Of a DNA stretch of 64,000 nucleotides, positions 12,842 to 26,939 are shown in pieces (position 1 is the first letter of the stretch; each line of letters opens with the position of its first letter). The stretch is from Trichinella spiralis (taxonomy: Eukaryota), in NCBI RefSeq assembly GCF_000181795.1, contig NW_003526944.1, positions 124,001-188,000 of the forward strand, written 5' to 3'. The translations under genes were made by a program, and so were the position numbers. Below the pieces are notes generated by a model. The model made no database searches. It was not told the origin of the DNA and was given only the letters and a program-made list of their open reading frames with translations.

Positions 12842-14738
12842 ATACAACAACGCGAGAATGCGTAAAATTCAGTAAAAAACAAAGCTTATTAAAGCTTTCA
12901 CATTTTCCATCTGTCACAAACTGGCGCCGATCCGATCATTCGAGCAAGTTTTCCATTTTCTGCTTGTAAACAAGCTGATCGAACCTGATTATTGAATTCA
13001 ACTCCAAAGATACAATTTCTGGAGCGAAACAGTTTCGCCTGATCTTAGCTGTACGATGATAAATTCACAGCACTGTAAAACAGACATTTAATCACGTCTC
13101 AATATAGCAACCATCTACATGGGAAGTTTTCACTTTTCATCAGCAAACTACCCGGCAAGAGGCTAAAACAATCTCAATCTTACTGTAATTATTATTGTTT
13201 TCCTACTGTAGTTTTTCAAATGTAAAATGCATTTTTTTCAGATCGATTAGTATAGCTAACGAGTGTACAGAGAAACTTATAAATCATTTGAAATATGATT
13301 TTAAAATCAACAGTCTCAATTATATTTTATAAAAAAAATACTGTTTTTCCAAATAATTGGTTTCCAACTTAAGCATAATCTTTGCAAAAAATGTACTAAC
13401 TGAAGGTGCACACGTAATTCATAAATAACTGACAAACAGAAAAATGTATTAATTAAAAGTGTTTATCAGAATGTGAAAGCATGGAAATGTATTGAAAATC
13501 GCTTCAGAATGGTTATTCCAAATTTACAGCATCAGTACACAGTCAAAATGATGCTGCAAACGTAGAAATGTTTTTCGATTCTTTCTTTTTCTTTAAGACT
13601 GATGTTCTCCGGAATAAAAGAGATCCATACGCATGAAAATGGGATTTGAAAAGAAAAAAAACAGACAACGCTACTTTAATGACGCAAGAAGCAATATGAC
13701 GCAGGGCTGCTAATCGCAACCGTTGCACTGTTTGAGTCGACATGGAAAATTGAACAGTGAAATAAATGAACTGTCATTTCTACAACTGAAATAAACTGGA
13801 GACCTGTGACTGTAATAATTAAAACATACAATTATTTATTTATTTATTTATTTATTTGTGTAGTTCAACCATTTACAACAGTTTCGCTAAAAAATATCAC
13901 TACAAAAGTTGTCTATTTAATGAAGAGGAAAAAAATGTTTAATCAGACATGCAAATCTTACATACTGAAGAGGTGAAACAAAATTTTCTTTTCTTACTTC
14001 CTGCGCTACAGTTCCTTGCTTGTATGAAAATGGTTAACTGCTACAAAATTAAAATACTATTAATAAACAAGAAAAAAACTTGCACATTTTTTCACCGTTA
14101 CATAACAGAACAATCAGAACGTAGTAATACGGTAGATAAATATAATTGACAATTATCGGTATAATTATTGATTTCTGATAGATGGATGATTCATAAGAAT
14201 TGCTTCTTCGCAAAATCAATGCCGCGACCAATGCTAATTTGACATTGAATAATACACTGTTGAGACAACAAGCTGTAACAATCAATTAAATTAATTGCTG
14301 CTATTGTGGGTGTCCGTGGTAGATAACTTGGTGTTGATTATTTCTTCTCATTTTCAAAAACCATGGCGGCAATCACCAATTTACCAAAACAAGCACAAAC
14401 ATCATTACGTCATTTAAATCTTCCAATACACTGTTTTTGCTAACTACGTATTTTTCTTTTCTTATTCTAACTACCATGCATGCATTTTCTAACTGTGACC
14501 AAATTTTCGGTGATTTCCATTGATATTGTAACCAAATGTCCACTGATTACATCAATCACGGGTTTATTTCACAAGTAATAAAAAGAAATACCATTTGAAG
14601 ATTTCATACAATCGATCAGCCAGTGACGTGCAGTGATTAATGAAGACGAGCAACACTGCATGTTTATACAGTAGTGTAACGGATAAGTAGAAAACAGTGA
14701 AACAATTCAACAAGGATTTAAATTTATGTTGATGACTC

Positions 14739-14746
14739 CTACTGAA

Positions 14747-14790
<44 letters not shown>

Positions 14791-17700
14791 CCATCACCAT
14801 TCTCATCATCATTATCCTTCGATACACCTAAACCAAGGGCAGTGACAGTTTGGGCAAAACGACTGTCCGACCTCGCTAATAGATCATTTCTATATCCCCA
14901 TTCCAGTATCTGGATCAAAACAACAACAAAAAATAACATTAAAATGCCAACAAAATAAACAAATAAAAGATGTTGCTTACTTGGCCATCTTCGAGATAAA
15001 GAATCTTATCGCACGCCATGACACTGTTCAATCGGTGAGCAATGATAAAAACTGTGCATTTTTTTGCAACATCATCAAAGCAACGTTGTACAGAGTGATC
15101 AGTAGCAGAATCGAGATGAGCAGTCGCTTCATCGAGCAGAAAGATCGACACATTTTGCAAAAATGCTCTCGCCATACAAATCAACTGCCTCTCGCCAACC
15201 GAGAAATTGCGACCGCCTTGCTCAATTCTAGTATCCAAACCGTTGCCCATCTTCTGTTCAACCTGTATATGTCAATACAAAAGTAACAAACAGACAGACA
15301 AATAAATAAATAAGTACCACGTGTTTAAGCTGAACGGTTTCAATCGCCTTCCACAACTGCATATCTGAGCATTTACCTTGGGGATCTACGTTAAAACGCA
15401 ATGTGCCCGAAAACAGCACCGGATCCTGCGGTATGACACCAATTTTGCAACGCAGTTGACGAAGATCAAGCAACGTCACGTCGTGCGAATCAATGCAAAT
15501 CGTTCCTTCGCAAATTGGATACAAGCGCAACAAAGCACTCACCAAAGAGCTTTTACCTGAACAACAATAACAACATTAACATTAATTAATAACTGTATTG
15601 CTTTATGTACGTAATATGTTTTCTATTTATCTTATAAATAATAAAAGTTAGCTGAAAAAAGAAAATAAAAATGTGCACAAATTAAAATACCAGATCCAGT
15701 ACGGCCAATAATACCAATTTTTTCACCTCCAGCAGCATCAAAAGAAACATTTTTCAACGCCAGCTGTTTGTCCTCTCCATATCGTAAGCTAATATAAAGC
15801 AATAATATGGAATGATTAACCTGTTTTTTTTAATTTTTTTACAATTACATTTACAAATTCCAATCGGTATATCTATCTATTTACCTGACATTTTTGAAAG
15901 AAACCGCTCCTTCTGTCAACCAACAAGCATCTAGCGTGGACTGACAAGCTGATAACTGTTCTTGCTCAATATTCTAAAAATCAGCTAATTCTAGCAAGAA
16001 ATAAAATCAAAAGAAAAACAAAATAATAACAACATTTACATCAATGTAATAATTTATCCTTTCAACTGAAATCATCTTTGATTCGAATTCAGCTTGCATA
16101 CGAACAGCAAATTGGAATATGCCGCTCATCTGTTTATAAAAGAATAAATTAAAATCGCATCATCATCATCAGCAAAAATTAAAACAAGAACAACATATTT
16201 AAATATTATTAAAAATTATACCTGCAATGCATAAGTAAGAGCCATTCCTGCATAGGCAGGATCGATGTACCCTGCCAAACCAATCATGAACACAGAAATA
16301 ACAAAAACAACGATCACAACAAGCATGTCCAACCATACAGCTAACCAACGCATTGCCGACTGGAACATGAACAACCAACAGCTGTTCTGATCGAGCAGGT
16401 GCTTCATTCTGTACATTTTTAATCATTGCAACGAACAAATATACATACATACATACATACATATATATCAGAAAAGAATCGAACAAACAAACAAACAAAT
16501 AATAATAATAAATCATTAACCGTTCAACAAAAACTTTCGTCTTGCCAAATGGTCGAAGAACGCTTTTTCCTCGTACAGATGCAGAGATGTGAGAAAAAAG
16601 AGGCGATCGAGTGTTATTTTCAATACGCTTTAGACTTGAAAATAAAAAAAGACAAGCATGCATATATATATATATATCAAGTGTAAATACGAATGGATAT
16701 TTCAAAAATACCTTCTAATGCCTCCGCGAAAGCAGCCAATAAACAATATAAAAATGCCTGCCAGAGGTACGGCAGCGATGAGAAACCAAGGAAAGACCCA
16801 TGCAATGATTATTAAATAGGCAAAAATAAAGCATAAATTTTGCAACATTGTGTCCAGTGTAAATGGAATCTTTGTATCTGCTACAAGTCACTTTCATTAA
16901 TAATAGAAGTAACAAATAAAAAATGTCAACTAAGCAACGAACAACTTTGATTTTTGACTTACTTTCATCAATATCCTTCGAAAATCGATTAATCACACGA
17001 CCAACAGGAGTGATGTCGAACCAACGCATTGTACCATGCATCAGACGTTTGAACATTGTATTGTGAAGATGCTCGGATGCTCGCAGTGTTACCTAATTAG
17101 ACGAGCAGCAAAGAAACAAATCAGAAAATGTAAAAAAGTCTTCTTTAATTTTTTGTATGCAAATAACAACACAACAGTAACGATAATTCATCTCGCTTAC
17201 CCCTACGAATACGTAAGCTTTGAGAACGGTAGTTAAAATGACCAATGGTACAGTCAGTCCGTAGACTATTGCAAACGAGTTCATTGTTTCAGGACTGACA
17301 ACAGAGGTGGAATTTTGTTCAGCAGAATGTGATGACGATGATGACTAGAAAAAGAAACGACAATTCGCAATAATAACATGCTGGTCAATGGGAAAACAAT
17401 ATTATCGACAAACTCCAAATTCTGGATGAATTTTCTTCAACCAATAGGACAACCAAAATGTTGAAAAAATCGTCGAACCAGTACTGAACGCGAACAAAGC
17501 TAGTACAAGCAGAACCATCCTAAAGCTGCCCATTGCTTCAAAATAAGATTTGTAAGTATTCATCGATAAACCCCTCTGCTGGAGATTTTCTTCAGATTCA
17601 AACAACTTATCTGCAAACAAACAATATGCAGTCAATCTTTTATACAGTCCATAAAGAATAAAATTTTTTCGAGAACAATAATTCCAAAAGTTACCCACCA

Positions 17701-20700
17701 TATTTGACTGGGACGTTGGCAATAATCTCTTTGACATATTGATCCTGATCCTGAATGCGAGCATCACAACTCTGCTCTGATTTCACAATTTCGTCAAAAC
17801 GATAACGCTGGCAATTGTCCATCTTTTCAATCACCGTTCCGTTGTCCATATAAATTATTTCTAATTATTAAACAGAATAAATTATTAAAAACTTCTTCAA
17901 TGATAGTGATATTTCAGTTTCATAAAACCATACCATCACCCTTTGTTATCAGCTCGCCAGATGACTGACAAAATGCCAAATAGGCAGCACAGCGTTGCAG
18001 CAATTCTTCGTGGCGTCCAAAATCAACTATACGACCTTGATCCATGAACAATATTGCATCACACTGTTTGAGAAACTAAAACCAACTACAATAACCGAAA
18101 CGTACACAGAACGGAAAACAACAAAAAAACTAAAAGGCGCACTTGAACACAGCTGGTAATAAGTAACACTGTTTTGCCAGAAAGATGTTCCTGTATAGCT
18201 TCTTTCAGTACTCGAGAGGCGACATTGTAGTCCAAAGCGGTCAGAACATTGTCCAATAAATAAATATCTTTTTGATGATAAATCGCTCTGGCAAGCGACA
18301 ATCTAGCTTTCTGACCACCACTCAAGGTAGCGCCACGTTCGCCAACCTGAAAGCAGGAAAAGTTGTCGCCACCGACGAACAAACAAACATGTACACCAAA
18401 ATGCAGTGCAAACTTCAGTCCTGTCACCGGCTGGAAATGTTTCAATATCGGCTTCCAAATTGCACACGCGCAACACAGTATTATACAGTTGCACGTTCAA
18501 CGTTTCTCCAAGAAGAATATTCTCCCGCACTGTGGCATTCAAAATCCAAGGATCCTGAGAACAATAGGCGACGCTTCCACCAACTTGCATTTCCCCATTT
18601 CCTTGTACCATCTACAGAAGTTGATTAAAAAAATAATACAATGAAACAATAAGTAATAAAGAGCTTTTTCACCCACTTCTCCAATGATGGCTAGAAGAAG
18701 AGATGATTTTCCACAGCCAACCGGACCACAAATTCCAACAATTTGCTTCTAATCAAAATCAAAAAACAAACAACTAACTAACTGAAAATTGCATTTCAAC
18801 TTCAACGCACTTTGTAAATTTTAATATTAATATCTGTCAGTGCAAACTGTTTGGTTGATGGACCGTTATCACGTAACAAAGTTTCCTTAGCATCGTCAGG
18901 TGGCTCTGAAATTATTCAAAAATAAATAAATAAAAATATATATATATATATATATATATTTATTTATTTATATTTATATATAAGTAAAAACGACATAAAG
19001 AGAAATACTTACCCACAACGTTCCACAGAAAGTGACCATCTCGAATTTCCAATGCCACTGATGAAGTAACGTGCAAATTTCTCACTGGCAAAAGTTCTGG
19101 TTCCATCAAATGCACCTGTTGATAATAATATTAAGTGTGAAAAATAAAAGTTTATTCTCCTACTTGGATCTTTTCTAAAGAAACCTTCGCTTCAGCCAAA
19201 TAGCGCATACCATAAGGAATCATACGAATACTGAATACCATAACAAAAAACACTGTAATAACAGCATATGCCTAAAGTAACTCAGATGACAAGTAACTAC
19301 TTCATTTTTGAGCGTTAATTCATGTGCACCTGATCTGGAAGGAGATCATAACCAAGAGATAAGTAAATTACAAAAGTGGAAGTGGCTGCAACAACTGGCA
19401 TAACGCTACCAAGACCAAGAGCTAAACTCTGAGCAACGGCTGTTTTAAAAAGTGCTTTCTTTTCATCTCTGCGAATATCTACACCAGATTTTTGCATTAA
19501 AAATTCACATTTCACCTATTCCCAACAAAAATTTAACTGAAATAAAACATCCAATCCACTTACTGTGTACATTCGATTCAAACGGATCTTCGAGAGCGTT
19601 CATCTTTATTGCCCGCATACAGTTCAAAATTTCATTGATCAACTTGATCTAGTCAAATTAAAAAAAATAAAGATTATTAAATGAAAGTCACAAAAAATAT
19701 GCTAAATTTAACATCAAGCAATTAAAGATGTTCTACTCGTTTCTCAGTAAATTCAATGGCAATTTTTCGCAGGAACACAATGCGCTTCCCGATGAAAACT
19801 TGTAGTACGTTAAAAATTAGAAAAACACCCAAGCCAATCAACGAACACGGACCAATCAAATAAAGCAAATAGATCACACCGCCTAGAAGAACCAAAGGAC
19901 TGACGACAACCAGCGGGAGAAATGAAACTGCGTCAAAAATACGCTGACTATCGTTGGCAAAGATATTCATAATCTGAAAAAAGAAATTAAAACAATTCTG
20001 TAAGTTTTTTTTAAAAAACAAAACAAGAGATCTCACCTCCCCAATTGAATCTTCGTTAGTTTCACGTTGAAACATCAAACGTTTGAACAAGAATCCCAGT
20101 ACAGCACCCCGAGCGCGTAAAGCGGTTCGAGTGGATATAGCCCATGTGGCGCCGTAAGATAAAACGCGGCATAGTTCCACGACCAACATCGCAAAAGCTA
20201 AAAAAATACCATATCCAATCGGCGCTTCTTCCCATCTCGTTTGAGTAAACTGTATCAATGCTCGAACAAGACATGTCTACATATGAATATCCGAATAAAT
20301 AAGCTGAGAATTAAACAGCAACTTAAAATTCTCACCGGTCCAATAAAACCAAAAATTAAACAAAAAAAGAAGCAGAGGCAAGCGAAAAAAAATCGCATGC
20401 GAATAAACTGGTAAAGCGACCTAGACAATGAAGGTTTCGTGGTCTTCTCCGACTCTACCTTCCATAGGTATTCTAGTCGGGCAATGTTCACGTTCGCAGA
20501 ATCATAAACCGAACATGCCCAAGGTTGAACATGATTTGGATCCTTGCCTCGAAATGTTGCCCAGAGATATTTAAAAATCCAAGAATACGTTATAAATGAA
20601 AAACAACCAGCTTGGTCAACACCAGTCGCACTTCCACTAGAAAACAAATCTGTATAAATAACATATTTCCTTTGAATTTGGAAAAACTGCTTTAAACACA

Positions 20701-22211
20701 AATAAGCGCTCTTTCACTTCATACAGCAATACATTATTTCAAAATTTATACATAATTACACACAACTGCTACATATGCATACTAAAAATAAGCTGTTAAT
20801 AACACTGCTATTGTATCAACGAAATAACTACACTATACTTGACTATCACTTTTCATACTATAAATGAACTATAACAAAATAGAGAAGAAATTTATATTAC
20901 AATGAAAATTCACTGGACCTCAAAATTTTAATTTGAAAAATGAATTACTGAAATTCGCTTACGCTCAATGTATTTGCGGGATACTTATACTATACGGTAA
21001 ATATATGGGATTCAAATTGACAAAAATTACCATCAACTTAAAATCACATCCCACAAGCTCCACTACTAACCACTGCCCATTTTATCCTATACTGCAACAT
21101 AAATACGTTAATAAATAAATGTTCATGAGCAAAAATTTGTCAGTCTAGGGAATTTCAAACCTTATCAAATTCAGTATACGGCTTTCGCAATTAACTTTAC
21201 TGGTTAATTAATAAATTAATTAAATTCAATATGGACAGCTGAAATACAGTAATAGTAAAGCTGAAAATAACAAAAATTACCAAATCCACTCCTCATGTAA
21301 AAAGGTCAAAGAACTGTCATTAAACCTTATTATCTACAAAACTTACAGTATGGTAACCAAACCGAATTCATTTTTAACATAATTCTAAACTTTCTCATGA
21401 ATCATGACGTGCCAACGTTACAGAGTTCTTTATACTAGATAAAATGACAGTACTACTAGCAATTCTATATGGTTCAAATAATAAAATATCACAGAACAGA
21501 CTTTTAACAACAATTTATCACGAAATATATAGATGATATTTTTTTTTATTATTGCATATTTCATAGTTATACCGGACATTATTTAATAATGAAATTAATT
21601 CGGTTTACGATAGACAGTATAAGAATAAAAATAAAAACATACTGGCTTAAATTAAAATTAGCTCCCCATAAAGAATATAATAAATAAATGGAATAGCGTC
21701 CTAGTAGCTATCGCCCGTAAACTGCAGCTAAACCAAATCGAAATATAAATTCACTGTATACAACTGAAATCTGAACCGCAGTTTTAACAATTAAAAAAAT
21801 TAAAACACTTCGCAATGTTGACAAAGCAGCTGATCGAGAAACCGACAATGCGCAAGATTAGTGTTAAAAAAATATTATGATTTACAATTTACTGTAATAA
21901 GTTATAAGCAAAGTTCTCAATAAACGTACCTCAGTTGAGAAGATCGTGAAGGCAGCAACTGTTTCAAAGATTGTCGAAACTGACCAAATTTTGAACTGCT
22001 GCTCGCTTGAACAGAGCTTTCAATATTCGATTCATCTTCTTCACTCCTCGGCCTAACCAAACCAGTGCATATAACGTAATAAATGAAACAAGATAAAAGT
22101 TAACATAATCAACAGGTTTCTGTTTTGAAACACTCACACCAACGCTGGCGTCTTTTCATAAACCACATCCTCATCATCGAAGTCATCATCAACCCAATAA
22201 TGCTGCGACAT
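14739..22211 (-). CDS. ABCC5: ABC transporter subfamily C, MRP5/ABCC5-like (short MRP, no TMD0), more than 20 exons
   Basis: ATG at 22211 follows TTTTCAG (22223-22217). The N-terminus KFGQFRQSLKQLLPSR..GVDQAGCFSFITYSW is ABCC5-like. NBD1 has Walker A GICGPVGCGKSS and signature LSGGQKARLSLARA. TMD2 has WFDITPVGRVINRFSKDIDE and NNTRSPLFSH. NBD2 has GIIGRTGSGKSS, IPQDPVLFSGTLRFN, FSVGERQL, LLDEATA and IAHRL. Last exon ILEWG..DDVQ*, stop 14739-14741. Confidence 0.93.
14747..14815. repeat. (ATC)n coding microsatellite, giving the poly-Asp tail of ABCC5
   Basis: Direct reading; in frame with the last ABCC5 exon. Confidence 0.9.
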
Positions 22212-22586
22212 CGCTACTGAAAACAAGCCGTAATAGAACGACAGCAAGAATGTAAATGCGGCTTATTGAACAGCAACAGCTTTTTTGAAATCACCATTAA
22301 ATAGGTTACAATAGCCGTCAGGGCCAATAAGCTCGAGGGAAAAAAACGAATGAATGAATGAATGAATGAATGAAGTGTTGTTCAACATCAACACTAACAA
22401 ATACTGCTAACTAAAACAATAATAATAATAATAATATTTTAATAATTCAAAAAATTAGCTAACAAAACAAAAATAATCGTAATAACTACGATCCTTCCAA
22501 CTGTTGTGTGACGTTCCAGAGCGAGTGCAAAATGCACAACTCATAATAGCGTTTACAGACATGCAATTTTTAAATATAAATACATC

Positions 22587-22709
<123 letters not shown>

Positions 22710-22970
22710 AGAGAAGAAAGAACGACGAACTAACTAAACTGTTGGCTGGGCAGCTTACTACCCAAATATTCGTAGTAAACTGACAGCCAAACTTTTGTCA
22801 TTTGTGACGTAATCCGTCCGTCAATATTTGAACAAGCGATAAAAGTTTTCAAAAAATATATTTACTCAAAAGTTCTTGTACATACTGTCGAATTTTTTTA
22901 CCAAACATCAAATTCATAAACGATGAACAGCATTCTTTCCAGACAGTAAACAGACGACAATAAATGTCAG

Positions 22971-24736
22971 TTATAAATATTTCCGCTCCGTTCCATTGCT
23001 GAATCGTCCAGTCAACGTGCCAAGTCTTTCTAACAAATCGCCTTGGTTGACGGCAGACCTTGTCGGCAATTTCATATCTTTTTCACGGTCAAAAGGAATT
23101 CGTTCTCGCAAATTCCCAGTAGATGACTACAAATATAAAAAGCTAAATAAAAATGAAATACAAATATACAAATGAGTAAGCAACGGAAAACTAAATATGC
23201 TTTCTGGAATAACCGAAAACATCGATTCAACAAAGAGTGCACTTTAAAAAAAATTACCGCATCAAATCAATAAACAAAATACAATCAAAGAAATTCAAAC
23301 CTAGAATTAGAACTTAATTCCAAATTAGCAGAAATAATAGAAGAAGAAGAAGAAGAAGATTGCATTAATTGTCATGAAATTTTGAAAAAACCTTTTCTTG
23401 AATCTTGCGTTTCTTGTGTAAGTCCAGCAGCGATGGGCTCGAGAGTCTGTCATGTTTTGCTAATGCAGCATCAATCATTTCGTCGGTTCTTTTAACTGCT
23501 TTCAATTGTCGATGATGACGCTTTCTTTCGACATCTGACAGTTTCTGAAAATGCAACTAAATGAAATTCATACAAACAGAAAAGTCTTCAACAACAAATG
23601 CAAACCAAGAACACACGTAGAAACCAATATAAAACATTTCAATAAATTATAGGTAGAATTTTCAGAAAAAAATTCTCAATAATTTGTTAATTCATTTACT
23701 GTCATCATATGATCTAGAGTTGAAAGTAGTGGTAAAAGATAAAAGTGATTATTAATTTGAATTTTTAAATTCTTCTTCTATAAACAAAATTTCTAATTGA
23801 ACTCAATAAGTCATACTGTAATCAATGTCATTTGCAGTTCACCGTTGACTGTTAGTGACTACGAATCGATTGTACATGCACAAGCTTTGTTCCGTCAGCA
23901 ACAGATGAGTATATTCACATGGAATAAGAAAAAAAAGCGTACTTCAGTGTTTGGTGTATCAGTCCAAACAGAACGATCTTCAGACGAATCGACCACGTCA
24001 TGCTTACGAAATGCTCGAGCTCCAAGACCGAATGACTTCAAAGCTGGTGGCAGTTCTGTCATCCATGACTCACGAAGCTTTCCCTGCTTTTCACACTAAA
24101 CATGACAGTATTTCACACTTATTGTACATCATAGAAACGCATTCTGTGCAAAGTTAACCATCAATGAATACATGTAAATTAAGCTTTGCATAACTACGAC
24201 CAAAGATGATAACAATGAAAAGAATTATGCAAGGAAAGTGTTCTGCAAAAAAAGTTACTGACTGCACTGTTAGCCTGTCGAATTTGAGCAAGTCGAATAA
24301 AATAATCTTCATCGTGTTCCTTTGCAGAAACAATGTCCGACAAGGAGGGTCCAATTAGCTCGTCATTGGAATCTTCTTCTTCCACATTTTCAGGGACAAA
24401 ATCTGGCGGCAGCGCAGGTCCGTACCGAACATCCTCTTTCCCATCATCATCATTATCATTAGATGCTGCAATATATTCAACTGCTTTTATGACTTCTCAA
24501 TCTTTCAAATGAACAATGAAATAAAGAATGCTGCACAGCATTCAACAACTAGAAACGTGGTGAAAAAATTATACATTACACATTTGAAAAGAAATTTAAA
24601 TGAAAACAATAAGAAAACGAAGTTGTGGGATTTTGGCAAATATACCGCGTTCATTTCTTGATACAGTCTTTGAACTGCTTGGTGACGAAGACGATTTCTT
24701 TCCCCATGATGGTGGAAGTTGTGGTCCAATTTCCAT
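22971..24736 (-). CDS. GPALPP1: GPALPP motifs-containing protein 1 (DUF3752 family), about 5 coding exons
   Basis: Spliced by hand: MEIGPQLPPSWGK (ATG 24736), YGPALPPDF..LIGPSL, RESWMTELPPALKSFGLGARAFRK..DRSVWTDTP, SLLDLHKKRK and RIPFDREKDM..GRFSNGTERKYL* (TAA 22973-22971). These are the characteristic GPALPP1 blocks. Confidence 0.9.
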
Positions 24737-25717
24737 TGCCCTATAATACAAACGCAAAAACAAATTTACGTTACAAAATTAAAAATAACTACGCTGCACT
24801 GCATTTTGAATTCATAATAATTATTAAAATTGCTAAAGTTCATTACTGACACTTCTACAAAGAAAGAAAAAGAATTTAAAATTGACTTACCGTATTATTT
24901 CATCCACATATATGATAGTTATTAATTAACAGCATTTTGTGCTAAAGCAGACGTAAACTTACTCACCAAACAAATGAATAAATAAATTGCAAAAGTCCGA
25001 TTACAGTAAACAATAGTTATAGTGAAAATCAGGTTCTATTGCATTTGAAAATTATTGTTATTGTTATTTATGCATGTGATAAATGCCACTCACTGTTCAT
25101 AAATAAAATAAATAAATAAGTAAATAAATGAGACGAATTTATGTACTTTAGACATATATCCATTTGTCATCGTATTTGTTGTCGAAAAGAAACCCACTTT
25201 CTCTAAGGATGCTCAGATTTCTTATTCTGAGCGGGTTTCAATCTATTAAGGAGTTCTTGTCGACTTCGCTGGTCTCCATTCCTCTAGGAATAGTCTATTC
25301 AAAGTTCCATATACAGATCAATTCTAGCGCAATCTGTTTGCTCTATAGATCGATAAAATAGTCTTTCTGTGAACGATATATTCAACAAATACTACTCTAT
25401 ACAAATAACAAGATACAGTAATAACGAAGGCAATCAATTACAAGCGATCTCAAATAGCACACAAACGACATACACGGACACGTCAAATGTCTATCTATAT
25501 ATATATATATATAACACATCGAAAACTGTACAATAAGAAGTTTCTTTATGATATACAGGTACAAAGTATATTAAAGAATTCTCAACAGTATTAAAACTTT
25601 TTAATTTTAGAAAACTTCGCTTTTCTTTAAAATTATTTTATTGAATGAAATTATTAATTTTTATAAAGAAAGTTTGAATTTTCACGTTTCAAAAGTTAAA
25701 AATGCTGGTCAACGGGA

Positions 25718-26939
25718 GGGGTAGACTCATTTTTGCCATCAAAGACATGCCGCCTCAAAATTTGATTGGCTATAAATTTCCCATCCAAATTTGATTGGCT
25801 TCAAATTTCATTGGTTTACAAGCTGACTAACTTTCATTGATTGTCGTTGTGATGAATTTCATTTGTTATCGCGCTGCTAAATTTCACTGGTTGTGGCTGT
25901 GATGAATTTTATTTGTTTTCGTGAACCTAAATTTTACTGGTTGTCGTTGTAATGCGTTCTATTTGTCAAATTTCGGTTTCTTTTCAATGGTCAGTTTTCT
26001 GATATTCAAAGCTATACTATTTATATCCTATATATATTTAAAAAATTACTGTTTAATGGTACTTATTTAATTAAATTAATTACAATTAATTATTTAATAG
26101 AATTCAGTAAAATGGTGAATCCACCGCGAAAGTTTCCAAGTGATCTTTCTTACTAATAGCATCCGTAACTTTTAAATTTGTACACATTGCACTCCTGCAG
26201 CCTATTTTATCTTATATCAAAATAAACTATTCTTTAAAAACAATAGACACATGATGCACATTGAGTGTACACTTTGGAACATCATATTGCAATGTCCATG
26301 AACTTTGGAATATCATGTTGCAATGTCTTGTATTGTGTTGTATTATAATGTTGTATTGTATTGTCTTCTATGTAGTTTTATATTTTTATCACTGAATAAA
26401 TTTTCACCACTGAAAATTATAATTATCTAATTCACAACTTGGAAAGGAAACTTTTGAACAAGTTCTATAAAATGCTGTATAGTACACAAGCAATAAACTG
26501 AGTTAGCATACCTTAAAGATAAGCAAATTTCTAAGGTGTGATCAGCATATGCACAAAAATATAATCTGAAGAAAATTTGCTTTTAAGATTATAATTTTGA
26601 AATGATGGTCAACTTTTAATTTTATTTAATGCTACTACAAATATATGTGGAATAAAAAAAGTTAAGCTTTGAATATCAAAAAACTGACCATTCAAGAGAA
26701 TCCGAAATTCGACAAATAGAAAGCACTACAACGACAGCCATTAAAATTTAGGTTTGCGAAAACAAATGAAATTTATCACAACCACAACCAGTGAAATTTA
26801 GTCGCGCGACAACAAATAAAATTTACCACAACGACCACCACTAAAATTTAGTTGCGCTCATTGGCTTGAAAACCAATAAAATTTAAAGCCAATCAAATTT
26901 CGAGCGGCATGCCTTTGATGGCAAAAATGAGACTAAACC
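25718..26939. mobile_element. Non-autonomous foldback/MITE-like DNA transposon with ~300 bp imperfect terminal inverted repeats
   Basis: The left arm ~25718-26039 (TAGACTCATTTTTGCCATCAAAGACATGCCGC...GATATTCAAAGCT) is the reverse complement of the right arm ~26639-26939 (AGCTTTGAATATC...GCGGCATGCCTTTGATGGCAAAAATGAGACTA). The arms contain repeated AAATTT(C/G)ATTGG units. There is no ORF and no clear target-site duplication. Confidence 0.85.
26271..26327. repeat. 31-bp-period tandem duplication inside the foldback element
   Basis: ACTTTGGAACATCATATTGCAATGTC is followed by ACTTTGGAATATCATGTTGCAATGTC. Confidence 0.8.
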
